Virus record (IMG/VR): IMGVR_UViG_3300028454_000075
Span: 1 to 30,398 of that record
Length of the DNA: 30,398 nucleotides
Reading direction: 5' to 3' (one strand)
Origin: a virus
Shown here: positions 16,287-25,419 of the stretch, piece after piece
How the letters are laid out: every line of letters begins with the position of its first letter
Position numbering within the stretch: the first letter of the stretch is position 1
Notes under the pieces: generated by a model
The model's database searches: none
What the model was told of the DNA's origin: nothing
What the model saw: the letters and a program-made list of their open reading frames with translations, nothing else
Translations under genes and position numbers: made by a program

Positions 16287-16652
16287 ATGGCAGCATACGC
16301 AACAGTTCAAGATGTTCAGGCTAGAATGTCTAAGCAGCTAACAGAATCAGAACAGCAAATTGCTAGCACTCTCTTGGAAGATGCAGCAGTTATGATTGAT
16401 AGCCTCAATGAGTCAGCTAAGGCCGATGCAAAGAAGGTTGTATCGTGTCGTATGGTTGCCAGAGCACTAGGCTTTGACGATGCAAGCATACCTTTGGGCG
16501 CATCTCAAGCTACAATGTCGGCTTTAGGGTATAGCCAAACCTTCACAATGGGTTCTGGTACAGCCGGAGAGCTGTATATATCAAAAACCGAAAAGGGATT
16601 GCTTAAAGCTGGAAATAGAATCGGGTACATCAGCCCATTGGAGGATTTATGA
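16287..16652 (+). CDS. Head-tail connector protein (gp6-like)
   Basis: The N-terminus YATVQDVQARMSKQLTESEQQIASTLLEDAAVMID is typical of gp6-like head-tail connector proteins, and the position fits. Confidence 0.6.
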   Translation: MAAYATVQDVQARMSKQLTESEQQIASTLLEDAAVMIDSLNESAKADAKKVVSCRMVARALGFDDASIPLGASQATMSALGYSQTFTMGSGTAGELYISKTEKGLLKAGNRIGYISPLEDL

Positions 16653-16981
16653 TTAAAGGAGAAACAGTAATCTTAATCGAAAAGACAAAGACGGGCACCA
16701 ATCCTCTAGGCGAGCCAATTGCGACGTCGCAAGAAGAGGAAGTAGAAAATGTGCTTGTTGGTAATCCAAGCACTGAAGCAGCAGTGGAAGATTTGAACCT
16801 ATATGGAAAACATTTGGCTTATGTGCTAGGCATTCCAAAAGGTGATAGTCATAACTGGAAGGATGCAGAGGTTCTCATCAGAGGTGAGAGATTTAGAACA
16901 TACGGATTTCCATTGACACAGACAGAAGAAAACGTACCTGGTCCATGGAATACCCAAGTTAAGGTGGAAGCTTATGAGTAG
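16649..16981 (+). CDS. Head closure / head-tail adaptor protein
   Basis: Assigned by position and size (110 aa). The start overlaps the upstream stop. The gene contains palindrome copy 4. Confidence 0.45.
   Translation: MIKGETVILIEKTKTGTNPLGEPIATSQEEEVENVLVGNPSTEAAVEDLNLYGKHLAYVLGIPKGDSHNWKDAEVLIRGERFRTYGFPLTQTEENVPGPWNTQVKVEAYE
16719..16732. repeat. 14-bp palindrome TTGCGACGTCGCAA, copy 4
   Basis: Inside the head closure gene, translated I-A-T-S-Q. Flank: CCAATTGCGACGTCGCAA. Confidence 0.95.
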
Positions 16982-17219
16982 TGCTAAAGTCACATTGAAC
17001 TACAGAGAGGTAGGAGCCTTACTTAAATCCAGCGAAGTAATGGCAGAGCTGAATGCTCAAGCTGACGCCATAATTGGCAGATGTGCAGGCAACTATGAAA
17101 AGTCTGAGTATGTAGGAAAAACGAGAGCTAATGTAGCAATCACAACTACAGACGAGGAGACGTTCCATAGCAACCTGAAAAGCAACGAGCTTTTGAAAGC
17201 TCTTGGAGGTGGCAGATGA
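16974..17219 (+). CDS. Head-tail joining module protein (hypothetical)
   Basis: An 81-aa ORF overlapping both of its neighbours in the connector gene block. Confidence 0.4.
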   Translation: MSSAKVTLNYREVGALLKSSEVMAELNAQADAIIGRCAGNYEKSEYVGKTRANVAITTTDEETFHSNLKSNELLKALGGGR

Positions 17220-17572
17220 TTGAAATGACTGTAATAGAGTATTTGAGAGAAGCTCTAGAAACACCGGTCGAAGCTATCAAGCCAACCGACCAGGGTATAA
17301 CCGAGTTTGTTTTAGTTGAGAAGACAGGCTCATCAAGGGAGAATTTTTTAAATAGAGCAACATTTGCGATTCAAAGCTATTCCGACACACTTTATGGGGC
17401 TATGAGCCTCAACGAAGCTGTCAAGGAAGCGATGCTGGGAGACGGTACAAACACTTTTGGCATTGCATATAGTTGCGACGTCGCAAAATGCTCACTCAAC
17501 AGTGACTATAATTACACAGATACAACAACCAAACGCTACCGATATCAGGCAGTGTTTGACCTAGTATTCTAA
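17216..17572 (+). CDS. Tail completion / tail terminator-like protein
   Basis: The last small gene before the major tail protein. It contains palindrome copy 5. Confidence 0.4.
   Translation: MIEMTVIEYLREALETPVEAIKPTDQGITEFVLVEKTGSSRENFLNRATFAIQSYSDTLYGAMSLNEAVKEAMLGDGTNTFGIAYSCDVAKCSLNSDYNYTDTTTKRYRYQAVFDLVF
17473..17486. repeat. 14-bp palindrome TTGCGACGTCGCAA, copy 5
   Basis: Inside the tail completion gene, translated C-D-V-A. Confidence 0.95.
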
Positions 17573-17584
17573 GGAGGTAGAAAA

Positions 17585-18139
17585 ATGTCAGATGCAAACA
17601 ATGTATCAACAGGCAAGCCACAAGTAAGGGGAGCCATTTTCCGTGCACCACTTGGCACAACATTGCCAACAGATGCACGCACAACACTTCCAACTGCATT
17701 CGTATCACTCGGCCATGTGTCTAGTGATGGATTGACAAATTCTAAGGCAATCTCATCGACTGACATCAAGGCTTGGGGAGGAGCAGTCGTATTTTCGTCT
17801 CAGACAGAGAATACAGATAAGCTCAAATTCAAGCTTATCGAGTCAAAGAATGCAGAGGTGCTCAAGACAATCTACGGCGTGAATAACGTACACGTAGATG
17901 AACAGACACACGACATCTCTGTCGATGTTGGAGCTGAAGACTTTGAGTCTTTTGCATGGGCTGTAGAAATGCTTATTTCAGGCGGAAAGAAGCGAATTAC
18001 AGTTGAAAGCGCTAAGATCACAGAGCTTGGCGACATCGTCTACAAGGATGATGATGTAATCGGCTACGAGCTCACATTGACATGTGCTCTTGGTACAGAT
18101 GGAAAGTACCATCACGAGTACATTTGCCAGGCAGAATAA
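17585..18139 (+). CDS. Major tail protein
   Basis: RBS AAGGAGG. GAIFRAPLGTTLPTDA...FVSLGHVSSDGLT resembles the phi13/TP901-type major tail protein N-terminus. It lies directly upstream of the chaperone pair. Confidence 0.6.
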   Translation: MSDANNVSTGKPQVRGAIFRAPLGTTLPTDARTTLPTAFVSLGHVSSDGLTNSKAISSTDIKAWGGAVVFSSQTENTDKLKFKLIESKNAEVLKTIYGVNNVHVDEQTHDISVDVGAEDFESFAWAVEMLISGGKKRITVESAKITELGDIVYKDDDVIGYELTLTCALGTDGKYHHEYICQAE

Positions 18140-18151
18140 TAGGAGGTTAAT

Positions 18152-18487
18152 ATGTTCGAGGTAATCTTAGGAAACAATGAGAATATGGTAGTAGGAACCA
18201 CAAGTTCGGGGTTTAACTACAAAATCGACAGAGCAATCTTTTCAGATTGGCGCTTAGTTAAGCTATACGCCGAATTACAGAGATTGTCAGACGTTGATGA
18301 AGATGGAGAGGAGACGTTGAAGTTTATCGGAATCATGGCTGAAATTGAAGCGCTCATGTTCAAGGACAAGGGCAAGGCTTTTGAGAAGCACATTCTTAAA
18401 AACAACAACGGCATTGTTGCTCCTGTAGTTGCTCTTGAAGAACTGATGGAGATTTTGAAGGCTTCTAAGCAATCAAAAAACTCCTAG
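18152..18487 (+). CDS. Tail assembly chaperone (G-like)
   Basis: RBS AGGAGG. A 111-aa protein between the major tail protein and the tape measure, ending just after a slippery heptamer. Confidence 0.6.
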   Translation: MFEVILGNNENMVVGTTSSGFNYKIDRAIFSDWRLVKLYAELQRLSDVDEDGEETLKFIGIMAEIEALMFKDKGKAFEKHILKNNNGIVAPVVALEELMEILKASKQSKNS

Positions 18488-18879
18488 CCCTCGCCAATAT
18501 GCTCATAGTTGACGAAGATGCTCTAATCTGCGACTTAGCAGAAACATATAACATCTATGATATTAGGTCGCTATCTCCAGTGCAGGTAGCGACCTTTGCT
18601 ATTGGTTTGAGGGATAATTCAAGAATTAAATTGAAATTAGCAGATACAAAGATTGATCTAGACCGGCTCATGCTGGCATCAATAGTCGATAGATTATCGA
18701 TATTGTTGTGGCGCCAAACCGAACAGGGACGCAAAGGCGAAAATCCTCCAAAATCGTTCGTATTGGCACTCACCGATAAGGAAGAGAAGCCAAAGGAGGA
18801 ATTAAAAGCTTTTGCAACTATTGAAGAGTTTGACAAAGCGTTAGCCGAATTTGATTCAGCACAAAGAAAGGAGGACTAA
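18152..18879 (+). CDS. Tail assembly chaperone frameshift fusion (G-T-like), -1 shift at 18475..18481
   Basis: The downstream ORF (track 18499..18879) is in the -1 frame relative to 18152..18487 and has no RBS of its own. This is the conserved arrangement in long-tailed phages. Confidence 0.55.
18475..18481 (+). promoter_or_regulatory. Programmed -1 ribosomal frameshift slippery site A AAA AAC
   Basis: An X XXY YYZ heptamer in the correct phase of the 18152 ORF, 4 nt before its TAG. The -1 frame is open from 18469 and is the frame of the 18499..18879 ORF. Confidence 0.65.
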
Positions 18880-18880
18880 C

Positions 18881-20761
18881 ATGGCTTCAGAAATCGCTAA
18901 GGCGTATGTCCAGTTAGTTCCATCTGCAAAAGGTTTTGGTAGTGGAATCAAATCTGCAATCGGTGGCGATGTATCAACAGCGGGAACTGACGCAGGAGCA
19001 AGTTTCGGCGGTAGCATGATTTCTAAGCTTAAAGGTGTGCTCGTTGCAGCAGGAATCGGAACGATTGTCAAAGAGACTATCGAAGCTGGTGCAAATCTGC
19101 AACAGTCGTTTGGCGGCTTAGATACGCTATACGAAGATGCAAGCGAAGCTGCTAAGCAATACGCAAGAGAAGCTGCTTCGGCAGGAATCTCAATGAATGA
19201 TTATGCTGAACAGGCAGTATCATTCGGAGCAGCATTGAAATCAGCTTTTGGAGGAGATACGCAAGCGGCAGCAGAAGCCGCAAACCAAGCTATCTTAGAT
19301 ATGGCTGATAACTCAGCAAAAATGGGAACGTCAATTGATTCAATTCAAAACGCATACCAGGGATTTGCTAAAGGCAACTTCACGATGCTTGATAATCTTA
19401 AGCTTGGCTACGGCGGCACAAAAACTGAGATGGAGCGATTACTGAAAGATGCAGAAAAGCTCCATGAGGAAGCCACTGGCGAAGTCACACATTATGATAT
19501 CAACAACCTTGGAGATGTCTATAGTGCAATCCATGATGTTCAGACTGAATTAGGTTTGACGGGAGTTGCAGCAGACGAGGCTAAGACAACATTCACCGGT
19601 TCAATGCAAGCAATGAAAGCCACAGTCACTAATCTGATGGCAGATATAACAACAGGAGCTAGTCCAGAGGTTATATTGGAGGATTTGGCAAGCCTGTTCG
19701 AATCAGTCAAGACTTTTGTTTTTGATAACTTAGGCTCAATGGTTATGGATATCATTAATGCCTTGCCAACACTGCTTAGCGGAATAGCTGATTTTTTATC
19801 AACGGAAATCCCGACAATGACCGAAGAGCTATTAACGCAAATCGGTTCGCTGGCGGAAAAGATTCCTGAGATTATCGCAGAGCTTCTACCTAAGTTGCTA
19901 TCTGTTTTTGATGGACTAAGAGGAAGCACTAACACGTTGATTGATATCGGATTAGAGATGATCCTAAATTTGGTACAAGGATTAATGCAAGCCCTTCCTT
20001 CGTTAATCGAAGCAATTCCTCAGATAATTATGGGATTAGTGCAGACGTTTGTTGAAAACTTCCCTAAGATTATCGAGACGGGCATTCAATTGACATCAAG
20101 TATACAAATCGGGCTCCTCAATGCTCTTCCATCCTTGCTAGAAGGAATGGGACAGATTCTTGTAATGCTGGTCGATTTGATTATTCATACAGACTGGATT
20201 GGCATAGGCAAGGATATAATCGTTGCACTTGCAAACGGAGTAAAAGCATTACAGGAAAATATTCCAAAAGTGCTTAAAAGCATCATGAATACAGCGATAA
20301 CTACAATCAAGAATATTAACTGGAAAGCTGTAGGACATGCAATCATTAACGGTATTGTTAACGGATTGAAGGCTTTAGGACACCTTATCAAAGACTATTT
20401 ATTGGAGCTTGCATCATCAGCTTTGGATTCAATCAAAGAGTTCTTCGGTATCAAATCACCATCGAGAGTCATGCGAGACCAAGTTGGTAAGATGATTCCT
20501 GCTGGTATGGCAATTGGTATCAAGATGAATTCAGACGATGCAATCGAAGCGGCCAAAGATATGTCGGCAGAAGTTCTTGAAGAGGCGAAGGTAGACATTG
20601 ACGATTTTGGACCTGTAAAGGACGAGCCAACACCAGCACCTACAACAAACTTCACACAGAACCTATATGTAACAACAACAGACAATAGCCCAGATGAGAT
20701 TGCCAGAAAGTCAAGGCAAGAATCTCGCTGGGGACTCATGACGGGAGGCGAACTTGGATAA
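18881..20761 (+). CDS. Tape measure protein
   Basis: ATG 18881 follows AAGGAGG. It is the largest tail-module gene (626 aa), Ala/Gly/Ile/Leu-rich and helical, and sits after the chaperone pair. Confidence 0.8.
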   Translation: MASEIAKAYVQLVPSAKGFGSGIKSAIGGDVSTAGTDAGASFGGSMISKLKGVLVAAGIGTIVKETIEAGANLQQSFGGLDTLYEDASEAAKQYAREAASAGISMNDYAEQAVSFGAALKSAFGGDTQAAAEAANQAILDMADNSAKMGTSIDSIQNAYQGFAKGNFTMLDNLKLGYGGTKTEMERLLKDAEKLHEEATGEVTHYDINNLGDVYSAIHDVQTELGLTGVAADEAKTTFTGSMQAMKATVTNLMADITTGASPEVILEDLASLFESVKTFVFDNLGSMVMDIINALPTLLSGIADFLSTEIPTMTEELLTQIGSLAEKIPEIIAELLPKLLSVFDGLRGSTNTLIDIGLEMILNLVQGLMQALPSLIEAIPQIIMGLVQTFVENFPKIIETGIQLTSSIQIGLLNALPSLLEGMGQILVMLVDLIIHTDWIGIGKDIIVALANGVKALQENIPKVLKSIMNTAITTIKNINWKAVGHAIINGIVNGLKALGHLIKDYLLELASSALDSIKEFFGIKSPSRVMRDQVGKMIPAGMAIGIKMNSDDAIEAAKDMSAEVLEEAKVDIDDFGPVKDEPTPAPTTNFTQNLYVTTTDNSPDEIARKSRQESRWGLMTGGELG

Positions 20762-21629
20762 TTTAGCAATTAAGATTGTAAGACAATCTGATGGCAAGAA
20801 ATTTGAAATAAGCAACTCCCATGATTGGGTAGTTGTAAAAGATGGATTAGAGGGATTTGGAGAGATTTCCAACTCCCTCAGTTTTACAGATAATGCTTAT
20901 TCAGATGGCGGAATCATCACAGATGAACATGTCACAAAAAAAGACAGAACCATCAAAGCAGGATACCGCCACAACAACATAGCTCTAGCAAAGCAAAATG
21001 CTGATTCATTCTTCAGCATCAAAGACACCTACAAGGTCATTGTCACACACGGCCAAAAGAATGTGTTTGCGATGGGAAAGATTGAGAAGTATATCTGCAA
21101 GCCAGTCCACCTGGATAACGGCAAGCTAGAGCTTGCAGTAACATTCCTATTTGCTAATCCTTTCTGGAAGTCAGTTGATGACTTTGGAAAGAATATAGCA
21201 GCTCTTAGCGGAATGATAGCATTTCCGTATTTGTGCTCTGTCTCAGGCGGAGTGATCGGAACGACTGGAGGCATATTCAATTATGCCGAAAAGACCGTTC
21301 TATCAAATAACGGAGATGTAGCCACAAAATGCAAGGTTGTGATTGTAGCGGATGGAGAGGTATTCAATCCTAAAATCATCATCAATGGTGAGTATGTTAG
21401 AGTATTGGATACGCTTGAAGCTGATGACAGAATTGAGATGGACTTTGAAGCGCAGCCACCAACCGTCAAAAAGAACGGAGTTAATTGGGTAGGTAAATGC
21501 GACAGAACGAGTGCTTTTCAGTCAATTATCCTTGCAAGAGGCGACAATGAGATTGAGTATGATGCAGACAACGGCAGCTCACACATGAACGTGACTGTCT
21601 ACTACAACAAGCAATACGAGGTAGTCTAA
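20754..21629 (+). CDS. Distal tail protein (Dit, siphovirus tail family)
   Basis: TTG start 5 nt after GGGAGG, overlapping the tape measure stop. It lies immediately after the tape measure gene. Confidence 0.55.
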   Translation: MDNLAIKIVRQSDGKKFEISNSHDWVVVKDGLEGFGEISNSLSFTDNAYSDGGIITDEHVTKKDRTIKAGYRHNNIALAKQNADSFFSIKDTYKVIVTHGQKNVFAMGKIEKYICKPVHLDNGKLELAVTFLFANPFWKSVDDFGKNIAALSGMIAFPYLCSVSGGVIGTTGGIFNYAEKTVLSNNGDVATKCKVVIVADGEVFNPKIIINGEYVRVLDTLEADDRIEMDFEAQPPTVKKNGVNWVGKCDRTSAFQSIILARGDNEIEYDADNGSSHMNVTVYYNKQYEVV

Positions 21630-22723
21630 TGAGCAAAAGCAAAATTGAAATAATGGGCCTAGACTCAGAATTCAACATCGTGACTTTGTTAGAGTATTCG
21701 AATTTGCAGTGGCGTAGGAAGTATTACGAAGCTGGCACATTCTCAGTCGTACTACCAGCGAGCCAATACGACAATAGAATCAAGTATATCTATTCGAAGG
21801 ATAGGCCAGAGGTAGGAGAAGTTACTCAGATTAACTATTATTTCAAGACCGACGGTCCTGTATTTGCTCTCTCAGGTTACTTCCTGGAGAAGCAATTAGA
21901 TCGAAGGATTGTGTACCCTTATGGCACTGGCAATATCACAAACGCACCAAATTGGATTAACCAAACGGGAGCGGCAGAGGATGTTGCCACTGCCTTTTTT
22001 GATGCATTCAAAGATGTAGAATACACAGTTGATGGAGTAGCTAAGGAAAGTCTTCTAGGAATTGCGACGTCGCAATCACAAGGACGAGGACATTACTCAG
22101 AACACGAGCGAGGCGAGGAATACCTAGGCTCTAAAATATATACAATTTTAAAGCCATCGCAGATGAGCTACAGAATTGTATATGACCATATCAATGCAGC
22201 AGTATCATTCGAATGCTGGAAAGGACACGATAGAACGCAGGACAACCAAGACGGAGAGAATCCAGTTATATTCTCAACGGCCTTCGGCAATCTTATTAAT
22301 CCTGACATTGTGATAAGCACAAGCGATTATAAGAATTGCTATATCGTGAAACATAGCTACAGTCAAAACAATGCTGATGTTGTTAGGCTGATAGCCAATG
22401 AGGAAAGAGCCTCAGAAGATACAGCTGATAGATTTATAAAAGTACAAGCATCAATCAACAAAGAGGACTACTCAACAGAAGCTGAGTACATCCAAGGATT
22501 GATGAATTTAGGACACGAAGAGCTTATCAAGAATAAGCCAAAGATGTCTTTTGATTTTGATGCTCTTGAGGGCAGCTACGAATACCTAACAGATTTTGAC
22601 TTAGGTGATAGATGCTCTTTAGAGGTGCCTGAAATTGGATTATCCGAAGAAGCAGTTCTTATTGGCTGCAACGAAGTAATCAAAAGTGGCACATGGAATC
22701 TAACAATGGAATTTGAAGTATAA
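21629..22723 (+). CDS. Siphovirus Gp37-like tail-tip protein
   Basis: The N-terminus IEIMGLDSEFNIVTLLEYSNLQWRRKYYEAGTFSVVLP resembles ReqiPepy6 Gp37-like proteins. It follows Dit and contains palindrome copy 6. Confidence 0.5.
   Translation: MSKSKIEIMGLDSEFNIVTLLEYSNLQWRRKYYEAGTFSVVLPASQYDNRIKYIYSKDRPEVGEVTQINYYFKTDGPVFALSGYFLEKQLDRRIVYPYGTGNITNAPNWINQTGAAEDVATAFFDAFKDVEYTVDGVAKESLLGIATSQSQGRGHYSEHERGEEYLGSKIYTILKPSQMSYRIVYDHINAAVSFECWKGHDRTQDNQDGENPVIFSTAFGNLINPDIVISTSDYKNCYIVKHSYSQNNADVVRLIANEERASEDTADRFIKVQASINKEDYSTEAEYIQGLMNLGHEELIKNKPKMSFDFDALEGSYEYLTDFDLGDRCSLEVPEIGLSEEAVLIGCNEVIKSGTWNLTMEFEV
22062..22075. repeat. 14-bp palindrome TTGCGACGTCGCAA, copy 6 (16-bp palindrome ATTGCGACGTCGCAAT at 22061..22076)
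   Basis: Inside the Gp37-like gene, translated I-A-T-S-Q. Confidence 0.95.
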
Positions 22724-22735
22724 GGAGGTCAAAAG

Positions 22736-23647
22736 ATGATAGCATATCCGCTTGATTCACATGTCAATTTCAATTCCGATGGAATACCAGAGTTTGACAG
22801 AGCAATAACCTCAGCTCCATTCCGCAAGCTAATCAGACAGTTGGTAAGAGAGGGCATAGACCCTACGGTTTCAACTTCATTGCAAGTATATGCGACAGGA
22901 GACATGACTGTTACAGTCAATCCTGGATTCGGAGTTGTAGATGGCCTGTTAGCTTTGGAAGAGGAACTAAGAACTTTAGTAGTTACAGCGTCAGATGGAA
23001 CATACGACAGAATTGACACTGTCGTGCTCAGACTGAACGATAACGACAATGTACGTCTTTGTGATTTGTATATTGTGAAGGGCGTACCAGCATCAAACCC
23101 TGTTCATCCTGATCTAACAAGAGAAGGCTCAATATATGAGCTTGGTCTTGCAGACATCTTCGTCGGAGCCCATGCGACAAGAATAACAACCGACAAGATA
23201 ACTGATACAAGGTACGACACAGAACGATGCGGAGTAATCTCTCCAATCGCTGAGTTCGACACAGAGACACTCAACCAGCAGATGACTGCTTGGGCACAGG
23301 CTCAGCAGGAAGAATTTGGAGAGTGGGAAGTTGCACAGAAAGCATCATTCGAAGCATGGGTTCAGACCATTCAGAATATATTAGACGAATCTGCAGCAGG
23401 ACACCTTCAGCTTGAAATCGAAAGAGTTGATAAGGCTCGAATGGGTCTTGAGGAAACTCACATCGAATTCAATAATGATGGATCCATAACCGAAACCAAA
23501 GGCGACGGAAGAACACTCGAAACTACATTCAACGCCGATGGAACAATCACCCAGGTTCTAGAAGATGCACTGGGCGGAGAATTGTGGAGACAGACAACTA
23601 CATTCAACGCTGATGGTTCTATTGACGTAGTAAAGGAGGTCGAATAA
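22736..23647 (+). CDS. Tail fibre / baseplate structural protein
   Basis: RBS AAGGAGG. It sits in the tail-tip module. The C-terminus has three F-N-(N/A)-D-G-(S/T)-I repeats. Confidence 0.45.
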   Translation: MIAYPLDSHVNFNSDGIPEFDRAITSAPFRKLIRQLVREGIDPTVSTSLQVYATGDMTVTVNPGFGVVDGLLALEEELRTLVVTASDGTYDRIDTVVLRLNDNDNVRLCDLYIVKGVPASNPVHPDLTREGSIYELGLADIFVGAHATRITTDKITDTRYDTERCGVISPIAEFDTETLNQQMTAWAQAQQEEFGEWEVAQKASFEAWVQTIQNILDESAAGHLQLEIERVDKARMGLEETHIEFNNDGSITETKGDGRTLETTFNADGTITQVLEDALGGELWRQTTTFNADGSIDVVKEVE

Positions 23648-25077
23648 TGAGTTTTGCAGATATTGTATGGGCTACAACAGGACAGCTGATGAAGCTCAGA
23701 GTTAAAACCGACGCAGCTCTTATCGGTCAGACAATCAGCGCTACCGATGGAGCAAAGACGGTCACAGCTACAGTGGGAAATGACAAGGTGGCAACCTTGA
23801 TACTTCCTCATGGTGGCGAGTGGACTATTACAGAAGGCTTGAGAAGCCATTCTAAGGTTGTTAACCTTCAGACGTATGGCTGGCATGAAATTACCTTAAG
23901 AAGCTATATTCTATATGGATATAGAAAGACTAAGGGCGACAAGAGAACAGCGGTCAGAATTGAGTATCCTTCTGACGTTGATAATGCTGATTTTGAACCA
24001 GCATATATGGACTTCACGGCCGACAAGTTCAATTATGGTTCATGGAAAAATGCGTTCTTCATGCCTCGTCCATGTATGGTAAAGGCTAACGGAACAGTTG
24101 ACTACTACCTGGATGAGAACGACTTCACTAAGAAAGCAGATGGAAGCGGCGCCTCTGATGTAACAAACACATCATACAATGGCAACGCTATGATTCAGTT
24201 TCCAACCATCTACTTTAAGAGATGGGAGGATTCAACCTATGAATATTGTTATCTGTCAGATGCAGCAGTAGATTCGAACTACAAAGCGTATGCTCACACA
24301 GATAAAAACGGCGACATCATTCCATATTGCTACATGGCAGCATATAGAGGTTCAAGCATCAGCTCTAAGATGCGCTCACTTAGCGGTCAGACATGCATGG
24401 CATCACAGACAGCTGCAGGCGAGAGAACTCTTGCGCAAGCAAACGGTGGCGAATGGGATATGTCAGTACTTGCAGATAGAATGATGGTCAACGATTTGCT
24501 CGTGCTCATCAGCAAGTCAACAAACACACAGAAATCATTCGGATACGGCAACGCTCCTGGCTCTCAGTCAGTTGTCAGCACAGGCCAGCTTGACAAATAC
24601 GGAATGTTCTACGGAACATCTGGCACATCCGGACTTGGGGTTAAGGTGTTCGGAATTGAACACTACTGGGGCAATCAGTGGAACAGACTCCTTGGATGGC
24701 TTAACGTAAGCGGTACACAGAAGATTAAGCTCACAAAGGGCACAGCTGATGGCTCTACAGCTACAGATTATGATTTTGTAGGAACAGGATATATCGCAAT
24801 CGCAAATGCTACACCAGCAGGAACATCGGGCGGATATATCTCAGCAACTAAGATGACTGAATATGGATGCCTCCCTGTTACCGCATCAGGTTCTGACAGC
24901 ACATTTGAATGCGATGGCATGTGGTTCAATAACGGACAGACAGACGTTGCGTTTGTCGGTGGCCACTCGGACCATTCCGCTTTTTGCGGTGCGTTTGCTG
25001 CGGGTCTGGCCGTTGCTGCTTCTAGTGCGTACTGGAACATCGCCTCGTCCTTGTCTTTGAAGCCACTTGCTTCTTAA
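23647..25077 (+). CDS. Tail fibre / receptor-binding protein, the DGR variable (target) protein
   Basis: The last structural gene. Its 3' terminal 113 bp form the VR of the DGR. The variable codons fall in ...VAFVGGHSDHSAFCGAFAAGLAVAASSAYWNIASSLS. Confidence 0.8.
   Translation: MSFADIVWATTGQLMKLRVKTDAALIGQTISATDGAKTVTATVGNDKVATLILPHGGEWTITEGLRSHSKVVNLQTYGWHEITLRSYILYGYRKTKGDKRTAVRIEYPSDVDNADFEPAYMDFTADKFNYGSWKNAFFMPRPCMVKANGTVDYYLDENDFTKKADGSGASDVTNTSYNGNAMIQFPTIYFKRWEDSTYEYCYLSDAAVDSNYKAYAHTDKNGDIIPYCYMAAYRGSSISSKMRSLSGQTCMASQTAAGERTLAQANGGEWDMSVLADRMMVNDLLVLISKSTNTQKSFGYGNAPGSQSVVSTGQLDKYGMFYGTSGTSGLGVKVFGIEHYWGNQWNRLLGWLNVSGTQKIKLTKGTADGSTATDYDFVGTGYIAIANATPAGTSGGYISATKMTEYGCLPVTASGSDSTFECDGMWFNNGQTDVAFVGGHSDHSAFCGAFAAGLAVAASSAYWNIASSLSLKPLAS
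24945..25057 (+). repeat. DGR variable repeat (VR)
   Basis: A 113-bp match to 25167..25279 with 15 mismatches. Each mismatch lies opposite an adenine in the other copy, and there are no others. Confidence 0.9.
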
Positions 25078-25107
25078 GGAAAGGTGAATTGCGAAGAATG
25101 AGCAAGA

Positions 25108-25129
25108 GGGAAACTTCTAGTTTCCCTTT
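25108..25129 (+). terminator. Hairpin downstream of the VR / tail-fibre gene (terminator and possible DGR target-recognition hairpin)
   Basis: GGGAAACT-TCT-AGTTTCCC is a perfect 8-bp stem followed by TTTA, 51 nt past the VR end. Confidence 0.55.
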
Positions 25130-25166
25130 ATGCTCTTTAATTAAATATACGGATTAAGAGGTCGCT

Positions 25167-25279
25167 CGTTGCGTATGTCGGTGGCAACTCGAACAATTCC
25201 GCTATTTGCGGTGCGTTTGCTGCGAATCTGAACAATGCTGCTTCTAATGCGAACTGGAACATCGCCTCGTCCAAGTCTT
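25167..25279 (+). repeat. DGR template repeat (TR)
   Basis: A non-coding copy of the VR. It contains 23 adenines, 15 of which are substituted in the VR. In the VR reading frame the TR reads VAYVGGNSNNSAICGAFAANLNNAASNANWNIASSKS, rich in AAY codons. Confidence 0.9.
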
Positions 25280-25419
25280 ATCCAATAAGACAAAATGACT
25301 TCTTTTTTCGTTGCCCCTTGGCAAAAATAATACTCGACAGCAAGGTGCGGTTAGTAAGCATTAGCAGAAAATCGCATAGAGGATAAGACAGAATTAAGAC
25401 ATCAAGGAAGAGACAACAA

